A program made the translations under genes and the position numbers. The notes under the pieces are model-generated. The model had not been told where the DNA came from, searched no databases, and worked only from the letters and a program-made list of their open reading frames with translations. This document shows positions 46,554 through 55,781 of a stretch of DNA of 64,000 nucleotides, in pieces (positions within the stretch are counted from its first letter, which is position 1; every line of letters begins with the position of its first letter). Source of the DNA: Candidatus Brocadiaceae bacterium (GTDB taxonomy: Bacteria; Planctomycetota; Brocadiia; SM23-32); contig JAAYEJ010000045.1 in the NCBI GenBank assembly GCA_012728835.1, positions 36,475-100,474 on the forward strand, written 5' to 3'.

Positions 46554-47618
46554 ATGATCCAGATTGACAAGCTGCTGTCCACCGCCATCAAGCGCGAGGC
46601 CGAGGACATCGTGCTGACCGTCGGCCGGCCGCCGATGCTGCGCTTGAACGGAGCCCTGGAGCCCCTGGCAACCCAGACGCTGACCAGCGAAGACACGACC
46701 GGGCTGGTCAAGTCCATCGCCTCCGAACGGTATCAGCAGGAACTGCAGGAGATGGGGTCGGCCGACTTCGGCTTCAACTTCCAGGACAAGGCCGCCTTCC
46801 GCGTCGGTGCCTTCCGTCAGCAGGGTCGCATCGCCATCGTCCTGCGGATGATCCCCTCGAAGATCCGGACCTTCAGCGAACTGGGGCTCGGCCCCGTCGT
46901 GCAGGAGTTGCTGTTCCGCCCCCGCGGCCTGGTCCTGGTCACCGGCCCGACCGGCAGCGGCAAGACCACGACGCTGGCCACGATGGTGGACCACATCAAC
47001 AACAACCGCAAGGTGCACATCCTGACGATCGAGGACCCGATCGAGTACCGGCACCCGCATCGCAAGAGCATCGTCAGCCAGCGCGAGGTGGGCGTGGACG
47101 TGCCGGCATTCGGCGAGGCCCTGCGCCGCGCCCTGCGGGAGTCGCCGGACGTGATCCTGGTCGGCGAGATGCGGGACCTGGACAGCACCCGCCTGGCCAT
47201 CAGCGCCGCCGAAACCGGCCACCTGGTCCTGTCGACCGTCCACACGCAGAGCGCACAGAGCACCGTCGAGCGGATCATCGACGAGTTCCCGCCCCAGCAG
47301 CAGGCGCAGATCCGCATCCAGCTCGCCAACAGCCTGCTGGCCGTGCTGGCGCAGACGCTCGTGCCGCGCCTCGGCGGAGGCATGGTGGCCGCCTACGAAG
47401 TGCTGCTGGTCACCAACGCCGTGCGCCACCTGATCCGCGACAACAAGACGTTCCGCATCGACTCGACGATCCAGACGGGCCGCGACCGGGGCATGCAGCT
47501 GCTCGACGATCACCTGCTGCAGCTCTACAAGGAAGGCATCATCGAGCGCACCGACGTGCTGACCCGCTGCCGCTACCCGGAGGAGGTCTCCAACAGCCTC
47601 AAGGCCCTGGAGGTCTGA
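46554..47618 (+). CDS. pilT: twitching-motility ATPase PilT
   Basis: PilT N-terminal domain, GPTGSGKTTTLATMVDHIN Walker A and AIRAALRQDPDVILVGEMRD-like box. Confidence 0.85.
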   Translation: MIQIDKLLSTAIKREAEDIVLTVGRPPMLRLNGALEPLATQTLTSEDTTGLVKSIASERYQQELQEMGSADFGFNFQDKAAFRVGAFRQQGRIAIVLRMIPSKIRTFSELGLGPVVQELLFRPRGLVLVTGPTGSGKTTTLATMVDHINNNRKVHILTIEDPIEYRHPHRKSIVSQREVGVDVPAFGEALRRALRESPDVILVGEMRDLDSTRLAISAAETGHLVLSTVHTQSAQSTVERIIDEFPPQQQAQIRIQLANSLLAVLAQTLVPRLGGGMVAAYEVLLVTNAVRHLIRDNKTFRIDSTIQTGRDRGMQLLDDHLLQLYKEGIIERTDVLTRCRYPEEVSNSLKALEV

Positions 47619-47656
47619 CATCCCGCTCAGGTAACCCGTTGGGGTGGAAACAAGCA

Positions 47657-49384
47657 ATGGCGCAAGACCGCGAGAGACGCAGGAAGCTGCTGGGCCGGAT
47701 CCTGAAAGAGATGAACCTGGTCACCGAGAGCCAGATTCAGGAAGCGCTCGCCATCCAGAAGCAGTCCGGCGGCGCCATCGGCGAGGTCCTTGTCGAGCGC
47801 GGCTACATCACGCGGGACGACCTGACCCTTGCGCTGGCCAGCCAGGCCGGCATGGAAGTGGTCGAACTGGATGACCTGGACATCCCCGCCGAGGTCATCA
47901 GCCGCGTCTCCCCCTCGGTCGCCCAGGTCTACAAGGTCGTGCCCGTCCGCTTCCGCGACGGCGTGCTCACCGTCGCCCTGGCCGACCCGACACACCTGAA
48001 GACCCTGGACGACCTGCGCTTCCTGCTCAACTGTGACCTGCGCGGCGCCGTGGCGACCCCCGCCTCCGTCGACCGCGCGATGAGGAAGTACTACGACACG
48101 CAGGAGAACGTCTCCGACGTCCTGAGCCAGCTCCAGGAAGACGTCGAGGAGGCGTTCCAGGACCTGCCCGACACGAGCCAGTCCATCGAGCTGGAAAGCC
48201 TCGAGGAAATGGCCAACATCGCGCCCGTGATTCGGCTCCTGAACCTGATCCTCCTGCAGGCCATCCAGGACCGCGCCAGCGACATCCACTTCGAGCCGTT
48301 CGAGGACGAGTTCAAGGTCCGCTACCGCGTCGACGGCGTCCTCTACGAAATGGTGCCCCCTCCCAAGCACCTCCACGTGGCCATCACCAGCCGTATCAAG
48401 GTCATGACCGGCTCCATGGACATCGCCGAGCGGCGCGTCCCTCAGGACGGCCGGATCGAGCTGAACATCCTCGGCAGCCCGGTCGACCTGCGTGTCTCCA
48501 CCCTGCCCACGATGTTCGGCGAAAGCGTCGTGCTGCGCGTGCTGGACCGCCGCATGGTCGCGCTGGACGTCAACGAGCTGGGCCTGCGGCGCATCGACAT
48601 GGACGGCCTGATGGCGCTGGTCAACCGGCCGCACGGCATCGTCCTGTGCACCGGCCCCACCGGCTCCGGGAAGACCACCACACTCTACGCGGCGCTCAAG
48701 GAGCGCAACGACATCGGCACGAAGATCATCACGGCCGAAGATCCCGTCGAATACGACATCGAGGGGATCATGCAGATGGAGGTCCACCCCGAGATCGGCG
48801 TGGAGTTCGCCACGGCCATGCGCTTCTTCCTGCGCCAGGATCCCGACGTGATCCTCGTCGGCGAGATCCGCGACCGCGAAACCGGCGAAATGGCCATCCA
48901 GGCCTCGCTGACCGGCCACCTCGTCTTCAGCACCCTCCACACCAACGACGCCCCGACGGCCATCACGCGTCTGATCGACCTGGGCCTGGAGCCCTACCTG
49001 ATCAACGCCACACTCGAGGGCATCATCGCCCAGCGCCTCGTGCGCCGCATCTGCGCCAACTGCCGCGAGGAGTACGAGCCGACGCCCGACGCCATCCTGT
49101 CCATCGGTGTGCGCCCCGAAGACGTCAAAGGCAAGAAGTTCTACCGCGGCCGCGGCTGCGACCGGTGCAACAACATCGGCTACTACGGCCGTATGGGGGT
49201 CTTCGAGGTGCTCGTCATCAACGACGAGCTGCGCGAGATGATGCTCTCGGGCGCCTCGACGCAGGAGATCCGCTCGGCCGCCCGCCGCACCGGCTGCCGC
49301 TCCCTGCGCCAGAGCGGCCTGCTGGCCATCTACGACGGCCAGACCACCATCGAGGAGATCTCCCGCTCCACCATCGCCGAGTAA
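47657..49384 (+). CDS. second GspE/PilB-family ATPase with MshEN-like N-terminus
   Basis: CTGPTGSGKTTTLYAAL Walker A and tetracysteine motif. N-terminal AIGEVLVERGYITRDDLTLALASQ half-motif. Confidence 0.85.
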   Translation: MAQDRERRRKLLGRILKEMNLVTESQIQEALAIQKQSGGAIGEVLVERGYITRDDLTLALASQAGMEVVELDDLDIPAEVISRVSPSVAQVYKVVPVRFRDGVLTVALADPTHLKTLDDLRFLLNCDLRGAVATPASVDRAMRKYYDTQENVSDVLSQLQEDVEEAFQDLPDTSQSIELESLEEMANIAPVIRLLNLILLQAIQDRASDIHFEPFEDEFKVRYRVDGVLYEMVPPPKHLHVAITSRIKVMTGSMDIAERRVPQDGRIELNILGSPVDLRVSTLPTMFGESVVLRVLDRRMVALDVNELGLRRIDMDGLMALVNRPHGIVLCTGPTGSGKTTTLYAALKERNDIGTKIITAEDPVEYDIEGIMQMEVHPEIGVEFATAMRFFLRQDPDVILVGEIRDRETGEMAIQASLTGHLVFSTLHTNDAPTAITRLIDLGLEPYLINATLEGIIAQRLVRRICANCREEYEPTPDAILSIGVRPEDVKGKKFYRGRGCDRCNNIGYYGRMGVFEVLVINDELREMMLSGASTQEIRSAARRTGCRSLRQSGLLAIYDGQTTIEEISRSTIAE

Positions 49385-49399
49385 CCGGCGGCACGAGGA

Positions 49400-49532
49400 G
49401 ATCCAGATCGCTGGCATCCTCAGATTCGCCCCGAACGACGGCCCCAAAGACGCGCACGTCGCGGGCGCCGTGCGTGGCGGCGATACGGAGGATCGCTTCG
49501 CGTCTCTTCACTATGTCGGAGTAAGCAGCCAT
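49400..49532 (-). pseudogene. MNT-type nucleotidyltransferase (toxin-antitoxin antitoxin-like), truncated after about 45 aa by the 3' end of the PilB gene
   Basis: MAAYSDIVKRREAILRIAATHGARDVRVFGAVVRGESEDASDLDLLV matches minimal nucleotidyltransferase N-termini (GS...D.D motif). The downstream sequence is antisense of pilB. No HepT partner. Confidence 0.5.
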
Positions 49533-49606
49533 CGAATCCACCTTCACGGGAAACGATGCCGTTCTACCACCCGAGCCCGTGCTGCCTCCACCTGTCGATG
49601 GCCCGC

Positions 49607-50191
49607 TCACGCGCCGGCGAGAAGCATCTCGATGCCGCGGCGCACGATCATGACGCCGATGGCCGCCAGGAGCAGGCTGGCCAGCTTCGAGAGGGCCTTC
49701 GAGCCCGCCTTGCCCAGCACCCGGTTCAGCCCCGGCGAGACCCAGAACAGCCCCCCGGCGATCAGCACGTTCACCGTCAGCGCCGCGGCCGTCGGCACGA
49801 TCCCGTGCTGATTCAGCAGCAGCAGGGACGTTGTCAGGACGGCCGGCCCTGCGATGAGCGGTACCCCGAGCGGCACGGCCCCCAGGCTGTCCGGATCGAC
49901 CTGCCGCTCCGTCTTCTCCACCGTCACCAGGTCGCGCACGGACAGCACGAACAGCAGCGTGCCGCCGGCCACCATGAAGTCGGCGATCGAGACTCCCAGC
50001 AGCGCGAGCACCGCCTTGCCCACGGCCAGGAACAGCAGCCCCACGGCCAGGGCGACCACCAGCGATTGCAGGATGATCCGATGCAGGCGCGGCCCGCTCA
50101 GCCCCTCCGTCAGCCCCACGAACATCGGCGTCACGCCCATGGCGTCCACGGCCACGAACAGCGGAACGAAGCAGAGCCAGAAGTCCCTCAC
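49607..50191 (-). CDS. MarC-family (UPF0056) integral membrane protein
   Basis: GTG start with GGAGGGG RBS. Six TM helices. MarC-like N-terminus FVPLFVAVDAMGVTPMF. Confidence 0.7.
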   Translation of the reverse strand: MRDFWLCFVPLFVAVDAMGVTPMFVGLTEGLSGPRLHRIILQSLVVALAVGLLFLAVGKAVLALLGVSIADFMVAGGTLLFVLSVRDLVTVEKTERQVDPDSLGAVPLGVPLIAGPAVLTTSLLLLNQHGIVPTAAALTVNVLIAGGLFWVSPGLNRVLGKAGSKALSKLASLLLAAIGVMIVRRGIEMLLAGA

Positions 50192-50861
50192 GGCCGCCCC
50201 TCCCCTTCCGGCGCCTCCACGTCCAGCAGCCGCGCGATCAGCCCCGGCAACTCGCACGCGCTCTGCGCCAGGGCATCGGCGGCCGACAGATCCGCGGCGG
50301 TGCCCATGCCGTAGGTGACGCCGATGGCGGGCAGACCGCCGGCGTGCGCCGCGTCCACGTCGATCTCGCGGTCGCCGACCATCACGGCCGGGCGAGCGGG
50401 CAGGCGCACGAGCAGTTCACGGATCATGGATGCCTTGCTGTCGCCGTCGCGCTCCAGGTGACGGATTGCGCTGAAGAACGGCCGCAAACCGAACCCGTCG
50501 ACGACGGCGTCCACGTAGGGCTTCGGGCCGTTCGTGCAGATGGCCAGCGTCGTGCCCTGCGCGCGGAGGGCAGCGAGGACCTCCGGCACGCCCGGGTACA
50601 GCCCGCCGGCCTCGGTGACCAGAGCGGTCTCGCGGTCGTCCACCTCCGCCGCGATGCGCGGGCCGAGGTCCGGCCCGGCCAGGGAGCACAGCCAGGCGTG
50701 CAGTTCGGGCGTCGGCCGGCCGATGAACGGCCGGATCGCCTCGGGAGGCGGCGCCGGCAGGCCGTGCGCCTCGAAGGTGCGCTGCACGGCCGGCACCGTC
50801 ACGACGTCCGCCCGGAAAAGCGTGCCGTCCAGGTCGAATATGGCAAGTCCCCTGCGCGTCA
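50188..50861 (-). CDS. HAD-superfamily hydrolase (phosphoglycolate phosphatase-like)
   Basis: Motif I FDLDGTLF, motif II ICTNG and motif III GD-E-D. AGGAG RBS. Confidence 0.8.
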
Positions 50862-51010
50862 TGACGCTCCTGTCCGTGATCCCCATCTCACCGTCGCGGC
50901 CACCACAGCATACGCGCACCCGCGGGCCGATGCACGTGCATGCGACACTTGCAGGAAGGGCCGCATTTGCGGATAATGTTCCGGCCCCTATCCTGCGTAA
51001 GGACCGCAGC

Positions 51011-52408
51011 ATGCGATACGTCTCCACACGCGGCGGCGTGGCGCCGATCGCCTTCCAGCCGGCTGTGCTGATGGGGCTGGCTGACGACGGCGGCCTGCTG
51101 ATCCCGGAGTCCATCCCCGACGTTTCCGACCGCCTCGACGACTGGCGGGCGCTGGACTATCCCGCCCTCGCGTTCGAGGTCATGCGCCTGTACGCCACGG
51201 ATGTGCCGGACGAGGGACTGCGCACGCTGGTCGAGGCGACCTACGGGGCATCATACGGCGGGCCGGTTGCGCCCACGGTGCAGGCGGGCCCGCTGCACGT
51301 GCTGGAGCTGTTCCACGGGCCGACGCTGGCCTTCAAGGACGTCGCGCTGCAGTTCCTGGGCAACCTGTTCTCGCATATCCTCGGCCGCACGGGCCGCCGT
51401 CTGAACATCCTGTGCGCCACCAGCGGCGACACCGGCAGCGCCGCCATCTACGGCTGCCGCGGCCGCCCGGGCATCGACATCTTCATCCTGCACCCGCACG
51501 GACGCGTCTCGCCGATTCAGGAACGTCAGATGACGACGGTCCTGGACGAGAACGTCCACAACATCGCGATCGAGGGCATCTTCGACGACTGCCAGGCCAT
51601 CGTGAAGACGCTCGCCTCGGACCTCGAGTTCAAGGCGGCCGCCTCGCTCGGGGCCGTCAACTCCATCAACTGGGCGCGCGTGCTGGCACAGATCGTGTAC
51701 TACTTCCGCGCCTGCTTCGACACCTGTGCGGCCACCGGCGCCGACCGCGTCCGCTTCTGCGTGCCGACGGGCAACTTCGGCGACATCCTGGCGGCCTGGT
51801 ACGCCCTGCGCATGGGCCTCCCCATCGAACGCCTGATCCTGGCCACGAACGAGAACGACATCCTGGCCGGCTTCTTCCGCACCGGACGCTACGAACGCGG
51901 CGCGCTCCACAGAACCCTGGCCCCGGCGATGGACATCCAGGTCTCCAGCAACTTCGAGCGCTACCTCTATCACCGGGTCGGACGCGACGCCGGCCGGCTC
52001 CGCACGCTGATGCAGGAGTTCGCACGCTCGGGCGCCCTGGCCATCGATCCCGGGCCGGACGGCGTCGTCGATGCGGAGTTCGTTGCGGATTCATGCACCA
52101 TGGACGACTGCCTGGACACGATCCGCCGCTGGCACCGGGACCACGGCTACCTGCTGGACCCGCACACGGCCGTCGGCGTGGCGGTCGCCGCGCGGCGCAT
52201 CGCCGCGCGGCAGGATGCCGGCAGCCCCATCGTCTGCGTCGGCACGGCCCATCCGGCCAAGTTCCCGGACGCCATTCGCCGGGCCACGGGCCGGGACCCG
52301 GCGCCTCACCCGGCCATCGACGCCCTCATGGACCGGCCGACGCGCTGCGCTGTGCTCCCCAACGACCCGGAGGCCGTCCGTCGGGCCATCCTCAGCGCCC
52401 TGGCGTGA
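51011..52408 (+). CDS. thrC: threonine synthase
   Basis: MRYVSTRG N-terminus, PLP-lysine motif PTLAFKD and CATSGDTGSAA. Confidence 0.9.
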   Translation: MRYVSTRGGVAPIAFQPAVLMGLADDGGLLIPESIPDVSDRLDDWRALDYPALAFEVMRLYATDVPDEGLRTLVEATYGASYGGPVAPTVQAGPLHVLELFHGPTLAFKDVALQFLGNLFSHILGRTGRRLNILCATSGDTGSAAIYGCRGRPGIDIFILHPHGRVSPIQERQMTTVLDENVHNIAIEGIFDDCQAIVKTLASDLEFKAAASLGAVNSINWARVLAQIVYYFRACFDTCAATGADRVRFCVPTGNFGDILAAWYALRMGLPIERLILATNENDILAGFFRTGRYERGALHRTLAPAMDIQVSSNFERYLYHRVGRDAGRLRTLMQEFARSGALAIDPGPDGVVDAEFVADSCTMDDCLDTIRRWHRDHGYLLDPHTAVGVAVAARRIAARQDAGSPIVCVGTAHPAKFPDAIRRATGRDPAPHPAIDALMDRPTRCAVLPNDPEAVRRAILSALA

Positions 52409-52448
52409 GAGGGCGCAGCTGGCCAGGACTCGGTGCGCGCGCGGTCCC

Positions 52449-52477
52449 TTTGCGCGTGCCGGACTCGGGCAGTATAA
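52449..52477 (+). promoter_or_regulatory. sigma70-like promoter TTGCGC-N17-TATAAT upstream of thiC
   Basis: Consensus -10 hexamer with 17-nt spacer in a 157-nt intergenic region. Confidence 0.4.
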
Positions 52478-52565
52478 TCGCCTCGGGCCGGCATCCGCCG
52501 TGTGTCCACTCTCGAATCGGCCTGCGGACGGCCGGCGACCGGCCGGATTGCGGAGCAGTATCATT

Positions 52566-53837
52566 ATGACACAGCTTCAGACTGCCAGAGACGGCCGGAT
52601 CACCCCCCTCATGCGCGAGGCCGCCGCCGCCGAGGGCCTGGAGGCGGAGGAACTGCGCCGGCGGATCGCGGACGGTTCCGTGGTCCTGCCGGCCAACGTC
52701 GCCCGACCCGGCCTCCGCGCGGTGCCCATCGGCGCAGGGCTCCGCACGAAGGTGAATGCCAACATCGGCACCTCGCCGGACGGTGGGAGCATGGCGGGGG
52801 AGCTGGAGAAGCTCCGGCGCGCCGTCGAAGCCGGCGCCGATGCCGTCATGGACCTGAGCACGGGCAGCGATCTGGACGCCGTGCGGGATGCGGTGGCGGC
52901 GCACTGCCCGGTGCCGCTGGGCACGGTGCCCATCTACCAGGCCGCCATCGAAGCCGGCGGGCCGGAGAAGCTGACCGCCGCCGGCTACCTGAGGGCATTC
53001 GAACGGCACGCGGCCGGCGGCGTGGACTTCGCCACCGTGCATGCGGGCGTCCGGCGGGCCGCCATGCCGCTGGTCGAACGCCGCGTAATGGGCGCCGTCA
53101 GCCGGGGCGGCGTCTTCCTGCTCAAATGGATGGCCGCGCACGGACGGGAGAGCTTCCTGTACGAGCAGTTCGACGACGTCCTGGCGATCGCCCGTGCGCA
53201 CGACGTGACGATCAGCCTGGGCGACGGCCTTCGGCCCGGCTGCATCGAAGACGCGACCGATGAGGCCCAGCTTCACGAGCTGTCCGTGCTGGGCGAGCTG
53301 ACTCAGCGCTGCCGCGAGGCGGGCGTGCAGGTCATGGTCGAGGGGCCGGGACACGTCCCGTTGAACGAGATCGAGCGGAACGTGCGCCTGGCCAAGGAAC
53401 GGTGCGCCGGAGCGCCGTTCTACGTGCTCGGCCCGCTGCCGACGGACGTGGCGCCCGGCTTCGACCACGTGGTGGCCGCCATCGGCGGCGCGCTGGCGGG
53501 CGCCCATGGGGCCGACTTCCTCTGCTACGTCACGCCGAAGGAACACGTGGGGCTGCCGGGCCCCGAGGACGTGGCCCAGGGCGTGACGACGGCCCGCATC
53601 GCGGCCCACGTCGCAGACGTGGCCAAGGGCGTCCGAGGCGCCCGCGAGTGGGACGGCGCCATGGCCCGGGCCCGCGCCGCACGCGACTGGAGCGCCATGG
53701 CCGAGCATGCGCTGAGCCCCGACCGGTTCTCCGAGATGCTGGCCGGCGAGAAGAAGGAAGACCGCTGCTCCATGTGCGGCGAGTTCTGCGCCGTCAAACT
53801 CTACATGGACGACCTCGGCAGGCGGACAGAGGGCTGA
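52566..53837 (+). CDS. thiC: phosphomethylpyrimidine synthase
   Basis: Conserved ThiC blocks (NANIGTSPD, TVPIYQA, GDGLRPG) and the C-terminal CxxCxxxxC (CSMCGEFC) radical-SAM-like cluster motif. Confidence 0.9.
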   Translation: MTQLQTARDGRITPLMREAAAAEGLEAEELRRRIADGSVVLPANVARPGLRAVPIGAGLRTKVNANIGTSPDGGSMAGELEKLRRAVEAGADAVMDLSTGSDLDAVRDAVAAHCPVPLGTVPIYQAAIEAGGPEKLTAAGYLRAFERHAAGGVDFATVHAGVRRAAMPLVERRVMGAVSRGGVFLLKWMAAHGRESFLYEQFDDVLAIARAHDVTISLGDGLRPGCIEDATDEAQLHELSVLGELTQRCREAGVQVMVEGPGHVPLNEIERNVRLAKERCAGAPFYVLGPLPTDVAPGFDHVVAAIGGALAGAHGADFLCYVTPKEHVGLPGPEDVAQGVTTARIAAHVADVAKGVRGAREWDGAMARARAARDWSAMAEHALSPDRFSEMLAGEKKEDRCSMCGEFCAVKLYMDDLGRRTEG

Positions 53838-53892
53838 GGGCGCCGTTCGGGCGGACGGGGGCGCGAATCCCCCGGGCTGCCGGGGAGGACAT

Positions 53893-54816
53893 ATGGGGAG
53901 CTTCGACACGGATGTCTCGGTTCTCAGGGAAGAGATCGCCGAGCTGCGGCACACGCGCAACGCCGTCATCCTCGCGCACTACTACCAGCGGCCGTCGGTC
54001 CAGCACATGGCCGACTACACCGGCGACTCCCTGGAGCTGAGCCGGATCGCTGCCGAGACGAGTGCGGACGTCATCGTCTTCTGTGGCGTGCGCTTCATGG
54101 CCGAGACGGCCGCCATCGTCAACCCCACGCGCACCGTTCTGCTGCCCGAGCCGGCGGCGGGATGCGGCCTGGCCGAGATGGCCGGCGCGGAACTGATCCG
54201 GCGCAGACGCGGCGAACTCCCCGCCAACACCGCCGTGGTCAGCTACGTCAACACCTCCGCCGAGGTCAAGGCGGAATCCGACATCTGCTGCACCTCCGCC
54301 AACGCGGTCGCCGTCGTCGAGTCCCTCCCCCACGAACACATCCTGTTCGTCCCGGACCGCAACCTGGCCTCATACGTGGCCGAACAGACCGATAAGCACA
54401 TCATCCCCTGGGACGGGCACTGCTACGTGCACGATCCCAACATCAGCACGGGCACCGTGCGCGAGCTGAAGCGCCTCCACCCGCACGCCGTCGCCATGGC
54501 CCATCCGGAGTGCAATCCCGCCGTGCGACGTCTGGCGGATTTCGTCGGCAGCACCTCCCAGATGCTTCGCTACGCGGCCGAATCGGAGAAGGACTCGTTC
54601 ATCGTCGCCACCGAAGAGGGGTTCGTCCAGACCCTGCTGGACCGCAATCCGCAGAAGGAGTTCTTCTCGACCGGGAGCGTCTGCGCGTCCATGCACCTGA
54701 CCACGCTGACATCCGTCCGCCGGGCCCTCGACCGCATGAGCAACGTCATCCGGGTGCCCGAACCCGTGCGGGAGAAGGCGGCCGCCGCGCTGAACCGCAT
54801 GCTGGAAGTCCGGTAG
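53893..54816 (+). CDS. nadA: quinolinate synthase
   Basis: NadA motifs (ILAHYYQ, VVFCGVRFMAET, three conserved Cys). GGGGAGGA RBS. Confidence 0.9.
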   Translation: MGSFDTDVSVLREEIAELRHTRNAVILAHYYQRPSVQHMADYTGDSLELSRIAAETSADVIVFCGVRFMAETAAIVNPTRTVLLPEPAAGCGLAEMAGAELIRRRRGELPANTAVVSYVNTSAEVKAESDICCTSANAVAVVESLPHEHILFVPDRNLASYVAEQTDKHIIPWDGHCYVHDPNISTGTVRELKRLHPHAVAMAHPECNPAVRRLADFVGSTSQMLRYAAESEKDSFIVATEEGFVQTLLDRNPQKEFFSTGSVCASMHLTTLTSVRRALDRMSNVIRVPEPVREKAAAALNRMLEVR

Positions 54817-54857
54817 ATGCCCGCCGCCCGGCCGCTCGAGGCGGGGGGAGAGCGCCC

Positions 54858-55697
54858 ATGACGACCGCCATCGGCATCGACGTGGGCAGCGCCGCCGTGA
54901 AGGTGATGGCCCTTGTCGACGGACGCCCCGCAGCCTGGCTGGAGGAGCCCACCCGCCCCGCCGTGGCCGAGCAGAGCCGCGCGCTCGCAGGGCAGGCGCT
55001 CGACCGGATGGGCCTGTCGGCCGGCGCCGAGGCCGTGCCACTGTGTGCCACCGGCTACGGCCGCAACCTCGTGCCCGGCGCCCGCACGCGCATCAGTGAG
55101 ATCATGGCCAACGCGGCCGGCGCCGCCTGGCTGGCCGACCACTGGGCGGAGCTGCGCGGCCTCTTCGGCGCCCCGCCGAACCCCCCGCACCTCGGCGGAG
55201 GCTTCCGTACCATCCTGGACGTGGGCGGCCAGGACAACAAGGTCATCGTCCTGGATCCGGACGGCATGATCCGCGACTTCTTCATGAACGACCGATGCGC
55301 GGCGGGCACGGGACGCTTCCTGCAGGTGATGGCCCGGGTGCTGGAACTGGACCTGGCCGGCCTGGACGATCTGGCGCTGTGCGCCGGGAAGCCGGCGCCC
55401 ATCACCAGCGCCTGCACCGTCTTTGCGGAGTCCGAGGTGATCTCCCTCCTGGCCGAGGGGGTGGCCCGCGAAGAGGTCGCCGCCGGCGTGTTCGCCAGCG
55501 TGGCCGCCGGCGTGGCCGCCCTGCCGGCCGCGGGCGCCTGGCAGGAACCGCTGCTGTTCGACGGGGGGCCCTCGCGCAGCCGCGCCCTGCAGGCGGCCCT
55601 GGCCCACCGGCTGGGCATCCAGCCGGCCGTGGCGCCCTGCGGCCAGTTCACCACGGCGCTGGGGGCCTGCCTGATGGCGGATGCCGCTGCCGGATGA
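54858..55697 (+). CDS. BadF/BadG/BcrA/BcrD-family ATPase (2-hydroxyacyl-CoA dehydratase activator, HgdC-like)
   Basis: IGIDVGSAAVK N-terminus and both cluster-ligand Cys motifs (NDRCAAGTGRF; SACTVFAESEVISL). Confidence 0.85.
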   Translation: MTTAIGIDVGSAAVKVMALVDGRPAAWLEEPTRPAVAEQSRALAGQALDRMGLSAGAEAVPLCATGYGRNLVPGARTRISEIMANAAGAAWLADHWAELRGLFGAPPNPPHLGGGFRTILDVGGQDNKVIVLDPDGMIRDFFMNDRCAAGTGRFLQVMARVLELDLAGLDDLALCAGKPAPITSACTVFAESEVISLLAEGVAREEVAAGVFASVAAGVAALPAAGAWQEPLLFDGGPSRSRALQAALAHRLGIQPAVAPCGQFTTALGACLMADAAAG

Positions 55698-55781
55698 CCG
55701 TTGGACTCTGCGCGTTCAAGGGTTATGATCGACAGAAGGCTGCATGAGGCAACGGGCCACTGGTTCCTGAGGGGGGGGCTG

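Noticed and set aside
49556-50318. 252-aa and 154-aa + strand ORFs over marC and the HAD gene
   Set aside because: Low-complexity His/Gln/Arg-rich translations antisense to genes with clear family motifs.
52409-52565. Possible TPP riboswitch upstream of thiC
   Set aside because: Neither the CUGAGA block nor the pyrophosphate-sensing ACCUGAUC...GCGUAGGGA block is recognisable. Kept only as a low-confidence anomaly in the findings.
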